DNA of 57,793 bases, filler included, from Sluysia triapertura (Eukaryota): NCBI GenBank assembly GCA_046118255.1. It is 4 parts of 4 records of this genome, joined end to end, with 100 filler letters (N's around TTAATTAATTAA, not from the genome) between each part and the next. Parts side by side here need not be neighbours in the genome. Positions count along the whole stretch, not along the records: positions 1 to 18,715 come from JBJNIA010125299.1; 3 more parts are not named here. One strand, given 5' to 3'. Positions 1-13,536 of this stretch are shown in pieces; within the stretch, counting starts at the first letter, position 1, and the number at the start of each line of letters is the position of its first letter. The position numbers and the translations under genes are program-made. The notes beneath the pieces were generated by a model. That model saw nothing but the letters and a program-made list of their open reading frames with translations, did not search any database and was not told the DNA's origin.

Positions 1-333
1 TCATTCCTAAATCGATGGTGTTGATCGATAGCTTTTCAAATCTTTCCAATAATATCGTTATGTTAGACAACAAAGGAGCGATCCATTATACCGGTAATGT
101 CAAGTCGATTAAAGGTTTAAATTTCTACCCACAGAACCAAAAGTTAGTCAACTTGCAACAAAATAAGAACTTATTGCTTCAAGTTTCAATCGAAGAGTTT
201 CCGGTTGTTTTTTGCAGTAATATTATTGATATCGTGAAGAATTATGTAAGTACTAAATTTTCAATTATGTTGATTTCTATTTTAGTTTACTCTAGTCTCA
301 GCTGGATCTGTGAGGAGCTATGCGGTGATCTAG
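1..333 (+). CDS. 3' end of an unidentified protein-coding gene (exons <1..245 and 286..333)
   Basis: The frame is open from the window start. A 40-nt phase-0 intron (246..285, gtaagt...ttttag) is followed by FTLVSAGSVRSYAVI and TAG at 331-333. No family recognised. Confidence 0.6.
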
Positions 334-2799
334 TCACCCAAAGGACTGAAAAACAAAAGAAAGCTAAAAGCAAATTTTTAAAGTTAAATAAAATTGTGTT
401 GTGTATAATCAAATATATAAGTGTCCATGGTATTGTGTTCATTAACAACGTTTTAAAGTTATTTATATTATTATATTATTATTTATATTATTATATTATT
501 ATCAAATAATAAATTTGATAATTGTCACCAAAAATCAAATAAAGTTATAACCAAAATTAATTTTAATAACTTAAAAATCAGTTTTATTAAAACTGAATCT
601 GATAGTGTAAGGATTCATGACCTATTTAAAAATTTCAAAGTTATATTCCTATCGAAAACTATTAGTATGGAAGACATACCAAAGGCTGTTAATAAAGATC
701 TAGACAATCTTTATTCACAATAAGATCTTAACTATAAATTTAAAAAAGATGTAGATATATATATTAGGCTAGCCAAAAGTAAACGTAAATGTAAAAACCG
801 TACATTATTTAAAAAGTGTATTAATAACATATCGTCGACTAACATTCCGAATGTAATTAAATCTAAGCCCTCTAACAAAATAATACAACCAAATTGGTGT
901 ATACAAAAATACCCCATATTGTTATCAACTCTTTACCTATTTACATATTTATTTTTGTTACTCTACCTTTAATTGATTATTTGCACTGACCAATAAAATA
1001 GTAGCATATATTCTTCATTATTCTGAATTTTACATTGCTCTAGTCGCACACAAAAACAGAGACCACTCACTCAAACAATTTTCATGCATCAATTTAACAA
1101 TCCATCACAATATCTTAACCTTAATGTTTTCCTTTCTTACACACAAAGAAACACTAACACATTCTATTTGTATATATAAATTTTAAAAAATTGTTTTATT
1201 TTCTTTTTATTAAGATCAGAATGTTCAATGCCCCAACAATTTACTTATTGTTTTTATTTATTCATTGTATTTTTATTTAAAACAAATATTTCGTGTTATT
1301 TACTTGCTAAATGATTTATTTATTTATGATTAATTTACTTATAAATGATTTTTATTAAAACAATTTACACTTAGTGTTATATTTTAATAATAAATTTAAT
1401 GTTTATAATCAAAAATAATTTTCATGATCATAATTTAATCAATAAGCCAATTTATGGTTCCACTAAAATGTTTAAAATGGCTTCTCTTCATCAATGTTTA
1501 ATATTTCATACGACTTTTTATCATAGTTTTATAATTTGTTACAATACGAGTTTTAAACCAACGCATACCATTTGTGAAACAATTAAATGTCATGGTTGTG
1601 TTGCTCAAAACCAAAAGATTATTTATTGAATAATTAATGAACTGAACAATTTAAATATATACCATCCTACCCATTTTAGTTTATAGGGAAATGAAGGTTC
1701 ATACAATCACTTTACGCGAGATTACAATTTTCATCATGTCAGAAATATTTTGTCTTCCCACAAATCTTGTGTTGCAGAAAATATTCGATTAATAAAAACC
1801 TTGAATTTTTCACTACCAATCTAATGATTCTTTACAATTTTAGAAGATTGTTTAAAAAAATTTACCTTAACGTGAGTTATATGTGTGCCTTAATTTTAGT
1901 ATTATTCATGTTAATAATGTAAATATTTTAATTAAATTATATACGTAATTAATCCAAAGATAGCTATATCATTCCTTTTAATCAAAAGTTCATACAAGTA
2001 ACGGTCCTTAAGACCATTAGATATAATCCATTATATTTAAATTATAAATACTAATTTGTAATAATCGTTTCTTTCTCTTTTTCAATTAATGTAAAATTAA
2101 AATTTAAGATGAAAACTATATTAAGTTACATTCTTAGAAGACAAAAGTTGGATTATCATGAACAACATGATCTTTATGATGTTAAGTGTCAAGCATTTAT
2201 ACGAACAAATAAATTTCTATCTTTATTGTTTGTAACAAATCGATTTAAATACACTATCATTTAAATCACTATCACTACTTGTTATCTACAAACACATAAA
2301 CGTACGCTTTCCAAATTTACATTCAGATGATAAATATCTTCAATTAGGTGATAAATTATCTACAAACTTTTCTACATTTACAAACGACATTAATGTATAT
2401 TACTCTGATTCAATAAAATCTTTTTTAACAAGTTTCTATTCATTTTTTTCACGCAAAACTACGAAAATCGCTCAATTACGTCTATTTGCGACATGTAAAT
2501 CTATTTTCTTAACAAAAATTCAAAATCACAAATTTCATCATTATCAAATATTTGTAAATTACAAAATTTATATAACACATTTAATTTACAAAACTTCTAT
2601 TTTCTACATATACATCTTTCTATCTCTTTCTAAAAGCTTTGATATCTTTACTTCATTTTAACTTTTTAGCTATTTTAACTAGGTAGCCAATTCACATTTG
2701 ATTTGATTTGGCAGCCACTTTTGTTTTTGCACAAGATTTAACATTAGAAATGGTATTATTATTATTAAATAAAAAATAAAAATGCATAAATTTTGTTTA

Positions 2800-4130
2800 C
2801 ACATCTGGTTCTGCTTGCTTGATATTTAAATGCCATCTTTAACACAGTTTCAACATTAGGATATTGTGGTCATTCTTTGTAAATATAAATAATTTTTCGT
2901 ACGATTCTGTTTAGAAATTCTAAAACTATTGAGTTAATGTATTCTAGTATTTCCAGCACATTTTATTTTCATCCAAAGATAATCTTTTTGTAACAATTAA
3001 TTTCAATATAATTTCAAATAAAAAATCTTCTAATAAAGAAACTACCACTGTTAAAATTTTCAGTCCATCTCCTTTGCAATTTGTAATAACTTCCTTCGTT
3101 CGATATGTTTCATAATTTTTAAAATTAAAACATCGAATACACCCTTGAAACCTGACGTTTTTATGAGATTGATATTTTGATGATTCTCTTTTGAATGATG
3201 AATGTCTGAATCGATGTCAGTTATTAAAGATAAAAGCATTTCAGCGGAGCCTTTGTCGAGAAAATAACAATCGAAATATATTGAAGAGAATAGTTCTTTC
3301 GCAGTTATTGATAATTATGATTCAGGAATCGTTTTTTTCAAGTCGAATTTTAAAAATTATAGATAATTAATTACAACTTTTTGATGTGGCTGATTATTGT
3401 CAAAATCTTTATCTGTGCTGTAATTAAAACTTGGAACTAGTAAATGACATGATATTACAGAAATATGTCGAGTCAACCACTCATATATACATTATTTAAT
3501 ACTTTTAATTTATTTACAATATATTCATTTTTCAACCAATCAGATAATGTCCATATAGTTCTAGTTATATCAATGTCACTACCTAATGTTTCATACATGT
3601 AAGTTCATAATTAATTAGATCTGTTACAAAACTATAAATTATCTCAGTGATATTTTGAACCTTATTGTCTGTTTTAATGATAAAAATTATATTGAATTTC
3701 ATCTCGTAAATTTCTTTAAAGGTAACTGAAAGAATACCAATCCCAAATATTGATAGAATAGATTGAAGTTGTACTACAGAACTATCCAGAAATTTCACAT
3801 TAAAGGTTCTGTGATGGCCCGGAACAAGTTTACGGCTTATCATTCGAAAATTAATTAAACAGTAAGGATTGCAATAATCCACTAACAATATGATCCAAAT
3901 ATGCTTAGTTCTTCAGAAGCCCTAGTATTTCTTAGTAACTGCTTGTATAAATGCTTGATATTCATTCTTGAACAAATTATTTGTATCTCTTAAATGTTTA
4001 TGAAAACAACATTGATCAATATTGACCAATTAATAAATAAAGCTTTGGGCACGGATTTTGATTTTTCTTCTGACGATTAGCGTTGTTAATTATTTCCTTT
4101 AAAATTTCTACTGCATTACTTTCATATAAA
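2800..4130 (-). pseudogene. Decayed coding-like sequence of unknown origin
   Basis: Long protein-like frames broken by isolated stops and frameshifts (e.g. EWLTRHISVISCHLLVPSFNY...TAKELFSSIYFDCYFLDKGSAEMLL). Includes ORF 3583..3888. No family recognised. Confidence 0.3.
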
Positions 4131-5149
4131 AGCAAGTGTACATTGAATTTCATATTATTTATTAAATTGCGTAATTTATTTCATTTTGTGTAATATATCT
4201 TAGTGTTCTACACTAGCGTTTTCAATATCAATTTGGTTAATCAAGAGATTTTTTGAACGTAAGAAGAGAAACTATCTCGTAGGTATTAAGTAGTACCTCA
4301 GAATTGCAAAGGTAGTTGATTATATTAAGCACTTTGTGACAAGGACATTAATCGTAAAATCCTATAGGAATGTGTTAAATAAAATAATAATTAACATTTT
4401 GTAAGTCTAGAGAAAGTACTTTCAAAATCAAGTTATTAAATTCTGACTTACAATGTAAAATTTTTAAGGTAATTTAAAGTGATCTTTAAAATCATTTTAT
4501 AAATCAAAATTAACCGTTTCGCGCCAACTTTTTTTATTTATGAAATTTATATTTTAATAAAATTATCCGTTAATACATAATAAAACGATACATCTAAGAA
4601 ATTTTTAATTTTTGGGATTTTAAATAGTGAAGAAAATTCCATAAGAAAATGAATCCAAATCGGTATATAAAATCCACCCGTACACTTTTCTTATGAGTAC
4701 TTACAATTTCAATATTTTTTGAAAACCTAACGGGACATATATAACCCAATAGGCGAGAAATGATTAACATTATAACGTAGATACTTAAATAATTTGAAAA
4801 ATAAAATTTATCTTTGAATTTTGTTTCATGTTACTATTATACGCGAATGACACCAATTATATATGACTCTCATAGCAATGATTGATAAAATCATATATGG
4901 CTGCCCGTCAGATCATAAGACATTCATTATAAACGAATCAAATAATTAGTTACGTTTTGCGTAGCTTAAAATAAGAGAAAACCACAGCATTAAATATATT
5001 AATATTTTAGTTTATAAAGTTGAGAAGATTTCAAATTTGTGTGATTTTAAAATAAAGAAAAGAAAATTTTCTATGGGATAGAACAATCATTACAATCACA
5101 AGATTCTTTAAAGGACATCATATCTAAAGATAAGTTTTCAATAGTTGAC

Positions 5150-7720
5150 AATTTAGAAATGTTAGCATGAGATTTCAATTCTTAAAAAGAATAGGGGATA
5201 AACTACGTTAGCAAACAGGAACCATAAATTGAATAAGAAATGCAACCGTTATTGAAATGCACACAATAAATGGAGTAATAATAATGATAATAATAATTGC
5301 AGAATAATAAAACTTTAGCAATTCCTAACATAATGCAACATAGAATGTTGCAAGGAAATATATTAATGTATATATTTATGAATATGTACAGTAGCGGACA
5401 CAACAAAAATTTTAATACGTACTTAATAAATTTGATATTTCGCTACAGTTAATTTTAATCAATCTGTTCAGTTACCCATACAACATAAGTAACTTAACTA
5501 CAAGAACAATAATTTGGCAATATACATAACAAATTGAGTTGTAACGCAGCAATTAATTTGTTCAACCGGATGTAAGATAAACTTTTGAATTACTGTCAGT
5601 CTACCACATCTATTGAATATTAATTCAATCACTTTTTAACTATTATGTTATCAAGAAATACTATCATGTGCATAAAGTAATGCATAAAAGCAAAGTTATT
5701 TCAGCGACGTTTTATACTAACTAAACTATTTGTACAATAATCAAATATTAAGTCATTACAGAAATGATATCATCTTATTCGTAAACAAAATTGTCTGATC
5801 AATTGTTTAATACAACTAATATAAAAAAATCTAGGTAATGCACAGGCAAACAATATTAGTTTCAATGTTGTTTTTGATTATTTTTTTAACATTTTTTCCA
5901 TTGTTAATATTGTATACATTCATGGATACATCAATCATCTAATCGATACGTATGTTCCAATCCCAATAGTTCATAAACGGCATGGTCAGATATTTGCGTA
6001 TCAATCAATTTTTTAGCCATCCGTAGTTCAATTCTTCAAATCAATTTGACTAACTTCATCATCAAAACTTTTTTCATAAACAAGTCTATCTTCTATTCTC
6101 TGTTTACCATAAAAACATTTTGCTTGACGAGCATACTCAAAGTAAGACATTTTTATAACAATTCATATCTTAATATTTTGTTATTCTCGATTTATCTAAA
6201 ATTCATATTTGTAAAGTTTTAATATAGATTTTATTCGTGTTTATTTTAATTTTAAGCATCATTTAATGCATTGGTTTAGAACTTTTGCAATCATAAACTA
6301 CAAATTTAATATATTTTCAAATTATTTTTCAATTCTAATTAAAATTTTAAGAAAAGATAGTTCTAAAGTTAATACACTTCAATACACCAAAGCAACTTTT
6401 GCGTTTTATTAAGTTTCAAATAGATTAATTTTCGTGACTTTAATACTTAAATTGTGTAGTTTACGTGGGTTTGAGTATTTAGATACAGGATGAACGAGTT
6501 TTGATAAATAGCATTTGAATAGATTAGATTAATAAAATTGAATAGAATGATGTGTGATATGATTTATAAAAGTTTTTAGATGAGGATCATACGAAAATAA
6601 TAAAGTAACAAAAATTGTCCATTAGGTGATGATATTAAGAAAATTAATATTAATATTAAAATATTCATATAAAAATAATAATTTAAAATAATTATGATAT
6701 CATATATTAAGTAGATAATTATTACGTAGTTAAAAGCGACCTTTGTATAGAATATTTACAAAGTTTGTCGAATTTCCTTATTTTGTCGCAACTAAAATTG
6801 CTCACAGAAATCTCATAATTTTGAACATAATGTTAAGCAGAACGAGATTTCATAATTCATGATTAATATTTTACTCGCGCAATTTAACGATTTAAATTTG
6901 ATTATAATTCGATTATTGTTTTACAAATAACTATTCTGTTCGCAAACTCCGGACTACTCAAGATTAATTCGAAATAGAGGATTACGTTAGTTTTTTACTT
7001 CTTAAGTTTTACAGGATTAATTTCATTTTAAATACATTTAAATAGGTTCATGAACTATTTAAAATAACAAAAAATTAATTATCTTATCTTTCGTGTAATA
7101 AAACCTTATTTATAATGATTTTATAACAGTCTCAATAATAATAACAATTATAATAATAACAATAATAATAATAATAATGTAATAATAATAATAATGTAAT
7201 AATAATTATTATTATCATTATCATCATAAAATAATATTACAAATAATTATAAAATAATTTAAAATAATAATAAATCTAGTCTCTTGAATTATATATTCGT
7301 CTTTGTTAAAACTTTATTTAATTTCAGCGAATTTCACGATAAATTTCATACATGTCTGGGCAACTTTAAAGTTTAATCGAATTATGTAGTAGGTTTTTTG
7401 AACGCTTCGCGTAACTTTAAAATACATACGAATCTAGAGCATTTTGTATAATTTTAAATACGTATGAACGCTTTAATATGTATTTGAATTACGTAGTTAG
7501 TCTTTCGTTATCATCATGCAGAGATCAGTATTATTAGATGCAATAATATAAGAATCATCATCCTTTACATCAACATTGGCATTTGTAAATGCTGAGTTCA
7601 TACTATCTTCGTTAATAACAAAACGCCTTTTTTGTTACACTTGTCGAAGGACTCAAGTCAACACTGTCTAAATTCTCTGTTTGACGAGCATCGTCATTCT
7701 TTTTTATTCACATTTAGCTC
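5150..7720 (-). pseudogene. Degenerate multi-pass membrane protein gene, possibly TMC (transmembrane channel-like) family
   Basis: Colinear fragments resemble TMC motifs: MNYWDWNI (WD motif), NCCVTTQFVMYIAKL (cf. CWETxVGQxMYKL) and SENIKF...FLLCPLLY (cf. ENVL...FFCPLLP), plus hydrophobic stretches. Many stops and frameshifts. Confidence 0.35.
7135..7230. repeat. Imperfect (AAT)n/(ATT)n microsatellite
   Basis: Direct reading of the sequence. Confidence 0.85.
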
Positions 7721-8024
7721 ATATAGAATAATAAGCAATAAACTATTAAAACGCAATCATTCTTATGTAAAAATATAAAATTTAACCTAGTTTGCATGAG
7801 ACACACAATAATGGAAATGATGATTTATCAAGATGAATATGATTATGATTATAGTATTCCTTGTGATAACGATGATGATTAAAATAACGTTATGATAAAA
7901 ATTAAGATGACAAAATGATGGCGACCGATAAACAATAAAAAATTTTAAACAAAATTTTTTTATGAAATCAAAAAACATTTCTATTAAATTTTGATCAACA
8001 AAAAACATGTTAATCATTTTAATC

Positions 8025-8520
8025 ACTTTAAAATCATTTTAATGTTAAATATTATAAAAATTATTGAGATCATAATGGATTTATAAAGATCATAATGTTT
8101 TATTTTAAACTGAGATTACATAGAGGTAATATAAAGTCAAAATTTAGTAACAAATAACAATTAAAATCGGGCAGAGTCATCATTTTAAATTGAGGCTGTA
8201 TAAAGATAACATGAAATCAAAATTTATAAACATTAAACTTTACTATACAGTTAATGAAATAAATAAAATCATCATTTTAAATTAGGATTTGACAGAAATA
8301 TGAAATTAAATTTAAGAATATAATATCCGATCAAAATCATCTTAAAAACAGGATTCAGAATATTATGTTAAATAAAATAAAATCATGTTAAGGTAGGATT
8401 AAATAGAGATAATATATAATCGAAATTTAATAACATATTCGAACAAAATTATTTTAAATTAAAAATAGGCAGAAATAGATAGAAACAATATGATATCAAA
8501 ATTTAAAAACATTACAATTA
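8025..8520 (+). repeat. Degenerate ~55-65 bp tandem repeat (aaaatcatcttttaaattgagatt...atatgaaatcaaaattt)
   Basis: About 7-8 recurring units. The same unit recurs at 10430-10680. Confidence 0.75.
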
Positions 8521-9559
8521 ATCAGACTAAAAAACTAATAATAATAATAAAAATAATAATAACTATTTATTTAGTTTATTACTGATATTAATTCTGTTGA
8601 TTATTGTGAACTATTTAATAACTATATATTTATTACATCATGATTCAGTGAAATTTTGAATCTAATTTAAACCAGTGTGGTATAAATTATAATTTGATTT
8701 AGAGAATTTTTTGAATTTAACTAAAACTATAAAATTAAGAAATTTAATTTTGCAATTCAACATGTATTATTTTGTATAAATTATAATTCGATTATTAGAA
8801 TAAATTTTACATATATATCTTATTATTTTATTTGAAAAGGGAGTCAAGAATAAAATCTAATAAAGGACAAAGAAATTAAAGTTTAACAAAGGAAAATAAA
8901 GTATTTACAAGGTGAACTAAAGTTTTTAATGCGGATGTAAAATAAAGTTAAAAACAATTTGTTGCAATAATAAAGCATAGATACTCTAAGACTTGGTACA
9001 ATAAAATAAAGTTGTTGTGAAGTTTACCTTACAAAACAAGATACGGTGCTATAAGATAAACAAAGTATCATAAAGTAAAGTATAGCTTTATCAAATAAAA
9101 AAAATGGTCGAATACGTTTTATAAATTAAGTTCAATTGATTTCCGAATACAATTAGAAATTTAAATCAAGAAAATTTATAAGATAAATTGTTTGTTAAGA
9201 ACAACTGAGACACGTATAATAATTACGACATTACGATATTTCGAACTGAATAGGACTTTGAATAAAGTTCGTATTTGTTACGCATTAAGGACATATAAAG
9301 TAAAAGGATTCGACAATAAATTACGATATTATTAAATATTTAAACTACACACAAATACCCTATGATAATTTTTACATTATCATTAACTATTAATTCATCT
9401 TTTACACTTGAAGTATTTTTATTCATTAATAAACCTTTCATTTACAGAATTTTAATGAATTATTTTAACAATTAATTAATGAATTATTTTAAAAATTGAT
9501 ATTATATTTTACTATTGAAGAGATTTTATAATGACGCAAAAAAATAAATATAAATAGAG

Positions 9560-9760
9560 CATAAATTCCATTAAAAGAACCACAACATTACAAGATGAAA
9601 AAATTTCTCAAATCGCTAACAAAACCTACCGTAGTCATCACTCCAACAATATTTGAACTCGTCAGAGAAAATACCTGCATTCGTGCGTTGGATCATATTC
9701 AAAACAAGTCAAATTCATCTTCGATCAACAATCCATTATAAACGTTTAATTCCATGAATA
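9560..9760 (-). mobile_element. Tc1/mariner transposase remnant
   Basis: Minus-strand translation KRL*WIVDRR...GIFSDEFKYCWSDDYGRFC...VMLW resembles Tc1 RLxWA...VIFSDESKF...DGR...VMVW. Contains stops. Confidence 0.45.
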
Positions 9761-10429
9761 GGAAGATTTATTTATAAGTTTCGTTCTTTTTTAATGGAAG
9801 GATAAAATCTACTTAAATTCATTATTTTGCAACTAGTTTAAAGTTAGTTTTAAACTATCTTCAAAAATCAAATCCTATATTTATTTTTGCGTTATTATAT
9901 TATATCCTTAAGTTCTATCAATCAAATCATCTTAAAGCTTATACAATCTTACTTCTTAAAAATAAAGCTGTATTTGTTAGCTAAGATAAACTTAGCTTTA
10001 AACAATTAATCCATATTATTTTATACATATTTTACTGAATTGTATAGTTTAGCGAATAGTCAATATAATTTCAGTGTTTTAAAGTTATGTACTTAATTCT
10101 AATTACTATTTAAGACCCATACTCGTTTAATAGAGCCTTCCTGTGGATAAGTTTAGAGTAATCCTTCTAAACCACGTACTACAGGCGAACCCAGTGCTTA
10201 TAAATAAATTATTTTATATTTAAGATAAGTAAAAAATCTTAGCAATAGTGATGATATACAAGATGATGTAAATAATATTTAAAATTATAATTCAATGCTA
10301 TTGTGTAAAATAAGAACATAATACTCATAATACTTATAAAAATATTGTAAATAAAGTTGCATATAAATGTTTGATAATGTCTAAGAATACTTTATGGTAC
10401 TGTGACTAAGCTCGAATGTATAAAAATGA

Positions 10430-10680
10430 TAAAATCTTTGAGAATATGAAATCAAAATTAAACTTCAATGAATAAAATCTATTTAAATTGAGATTGTACA
10501 GAATATGAAATATAGGAACATTAATCTCCAATATTACGACAGATATCATTTTAAATTGAGATTGCATGGAAAAAATGTGAAATCAAAATTTATAAACATT
10601 ATTTATTGATTAATAAATAAAATCATCTTAAATTAAGATTGTATAGAAGTAGTATGAAATATAAATTTACAAACGTTAAG
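10430..10680 (+). repeat. Second array of the ~60 bp tandem repeat family
   Basis: Units such as atatgaaatcaaaatt...tttaaattgagattg match those at 8025-8520. Confidence 0.7.
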
Positions 10681-10745
10681 ATTTTAATTATGCAAATATT
10701 CAAAGTACAAAATTTAACTATATTATGACCGATATGTATGTTTGT

Positions 10746-10891
10746 NNNNNNNNNNNNNNNNNNNNNNNNNNNNNNNNNNNNNNNNNNNNNNNNNNNNNNN
10801 NNNNNNNNNNNNNNNNNNNNNNNNNNNNNNNNNNNNNNNNNNNNNNNNNNNNNNNNNNNNNNNNNNNNNNNNNNNNNNNNNNNNNNNNNNN
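10746..10891. other. Assembly gap (N run)
   Basis: Run of N. Confidence 1.
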
Positions 10892-12469
10892 AAATAATTT
10901 AACATTAACTTTAAAACGACAATAATAATATTTTGATATAAGCCGAAAATGAATAATTACTATAAATAATGTGTAAACTTTTATTTGACTATTATGTGAT
11001 ATTATTACTTAGAAATAATTTGTCATTTATTATTTAAAATTATTATTTAAAATTTTGTGACAATTTGTGATATTATATTGAATTGTTTTGTGTTGATGAA
11101 TGTGATGTTTTAGGTGTTATGGATTTATTATCAGTTATTTCTCGTTTAGTTAATTTATGTAATTTATGATATATTATTTTGTTTACATTCAATGGTTTTA
11201 AGTTAAAATGTATGGTGTAAAAGTTTAAATTAAAACATACGGTGTAAGGTTCAAAGGCCAATATTTGAATTTGTCGAAAGATTGTTTTAAAAAGGTCAGG
11301 ATGACGTTGTTATTTAAATGCAATAATACCGAGTAGTTATATGTACATCAAAAATGTGATTTTATTTGATCTAAGAAAGTTATATAATTATGACAATGTT
11401 TGGAGAAATACAGATGTTTTAATAAAGGTTTAAAAATTGTGATTTGTATATAAATGAGTAGTATGAAATATGCTTGAAACAACTATGTAAGTAGGATTTT
11501 TGGTTCAAGTTGTTAAATAACACAATTCGCTGTTAAAGTATGAACTGAATGTAGTTTTAAAAGAAAGCCTAGATCTAATATTAAAACTGTTACTACGAAT
11601 TATATAAACTATATTTGTATGAGTTATGTTTACTTTTATTAACTTTAAAGATGCTTGTAAGTTTTATTAAATTAAAATTTATACAGTTAGAATTTAATTA
11701 TTAGTCAAAATTAAATTTACAAAATTTTAAAAACAGGTAATATTTACAAATTTCGGTTTTAAGGACTGTTTTATTCTTGACAAATAAATTTAATGACTCA
11801 AAAGTCTTAACACAGATTATATATCGATGAACTTAAGATATAAAATTTATAAGCATTATAAAAACAATAAAAGCAGATAAAAATGTCTGGACTATAGTAA
11901 ACAAAGAATTTCTTTGAAATGGAAACGAAGGAAATATTTGTGAATTTTATTCAATGATTAAGTGATCACCTATGTTATAGAAATATAACATTTTTGTTGA
12001 TGTTGAAAATATCTATACAATATTCAATAAATTGACTTAGTTCGCTTAACATAGTAACACTTACTATGACATAAGTAATGTGTGACTTTTTATTTGGTCT
12101 AATTGTTCATAAACGAATTTAATATCAGTGTTTAAATATATATTACTACAAATATAATTAATTGTTTTATCAACGATATTATATAGTTCATAATTCGTAT
12201 TACCATTAACTACATAGTTGTTGATACAAGTATTGAGTAAGGTAATAAAACTAAAATAATACCAAAACAAAAAATTCTAAACTTTACAGGCAGTTACGAA
12301 ATGAATTTTTTATCTAAAATTTACCTTTATTTACATTAAAACGTGGCTTCAATTTTATTGATTTTATTAATCAATATTTATATTTCTAATTTTTAATGTA
12401 CAACAATGAATAAATACAAAATATTGATCTTTATCGAAACCAAAATTATTTTTCGTGAAATAATAAAAA

Positions 12470-12700
12470 TTTTTAAATTTTAATAACAGTTCATCCATGC
12501 TAATTATAAAGTAAATTAACATGTGTCCAACAAAGAACGTCATTAAAGCCATTTTCAATTACATTTGATATTTTTAGAGCTGAAAAATTCAACGATACAG
12601 ATGAACTGATTGAACAATAAATTGTATGAATAATTGAATGTAAATTAGAATTTTTATTATCATTAAGTTGTTGCATGCATTTCTTATAAAGCAACATAAA
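12470..12700 (-). mobile_element. Possible hAT transposase C-terminal (dimerisation domain) remnant
   Basis: IIHTIYCSISSSVSLNFSALK...ISMDELLLKF resembles the hAT motif TIPVSSASxERSFSALK...IDxDEVIxxF. Confidence 0.3.
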
Positions 12701-13536
12701 AGAGGATTTCTTAAACTTTTAAACAATATTTTTAAATTACTTCTCATATTATGTTTTTAAAATGGGTCTGGTAAATTATAGCCATCTAAAATATTTTTTA
12801 AAGTCATCAATGAGTTTTCAAAATTAGTTTTCCATGAGTCATCTTCTACATCTATTTAGACAGTTTCTTAAACCCTCACATTCTTTAAATTCAAATGCTT
12901 GTCCTACAGTAAAAGAAAATGGTTGTCATGATCGAAAACCAGTGTTAATACTTTTATAGTAACTAGATCCTTTAATTTCAGTTTTATGATAAGGAAAATA
13001 TTTTTGGATAAATGGTTACAACCGTTTAATTATATAATTTGTACGTTATATAATTTTTTAATCATAAAAATGTTTAACGCAAACAAAAAGTTTTTAAAAA
13101 ATTGTTCTAACAATAGTCAAACTAAAATATACAAATACTAAATAATTTTCATTTAACTTTAAACAAAAACAGAAAAATGCTTCTACAAATCAAATACGAT
13201 TACTACATGCAATAAATATTGAAAATTTAGTTCATTTCAAAGATAATGTACAAAAACTAATGTACTATACTTAGTTTACATAACACTTAAATATATACAA
13301 TCCAAAGAGTTTTACTTAGATAAAAAAATAGAAACGAAACTTATTACAAAATAATGACAACGCATTAGCATTATGTTACTGCAAATATTAGTATTCGTGA
13401 ATATTTGAATGATAAAAGATTTAATGTTTAATGCATAGAGTTGTGAATGACAAATGTTTGTTCTAAGGTTTACTTTTTATTTTTGTTTATTAGTTACAAA
13501 ATTTCGAATTATTAATTATAAATTATTAATTATTTG

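Noticed and set aside
10723-10925. ORFs spanning the N gap
   Set aside because: Artefacts of translating N.
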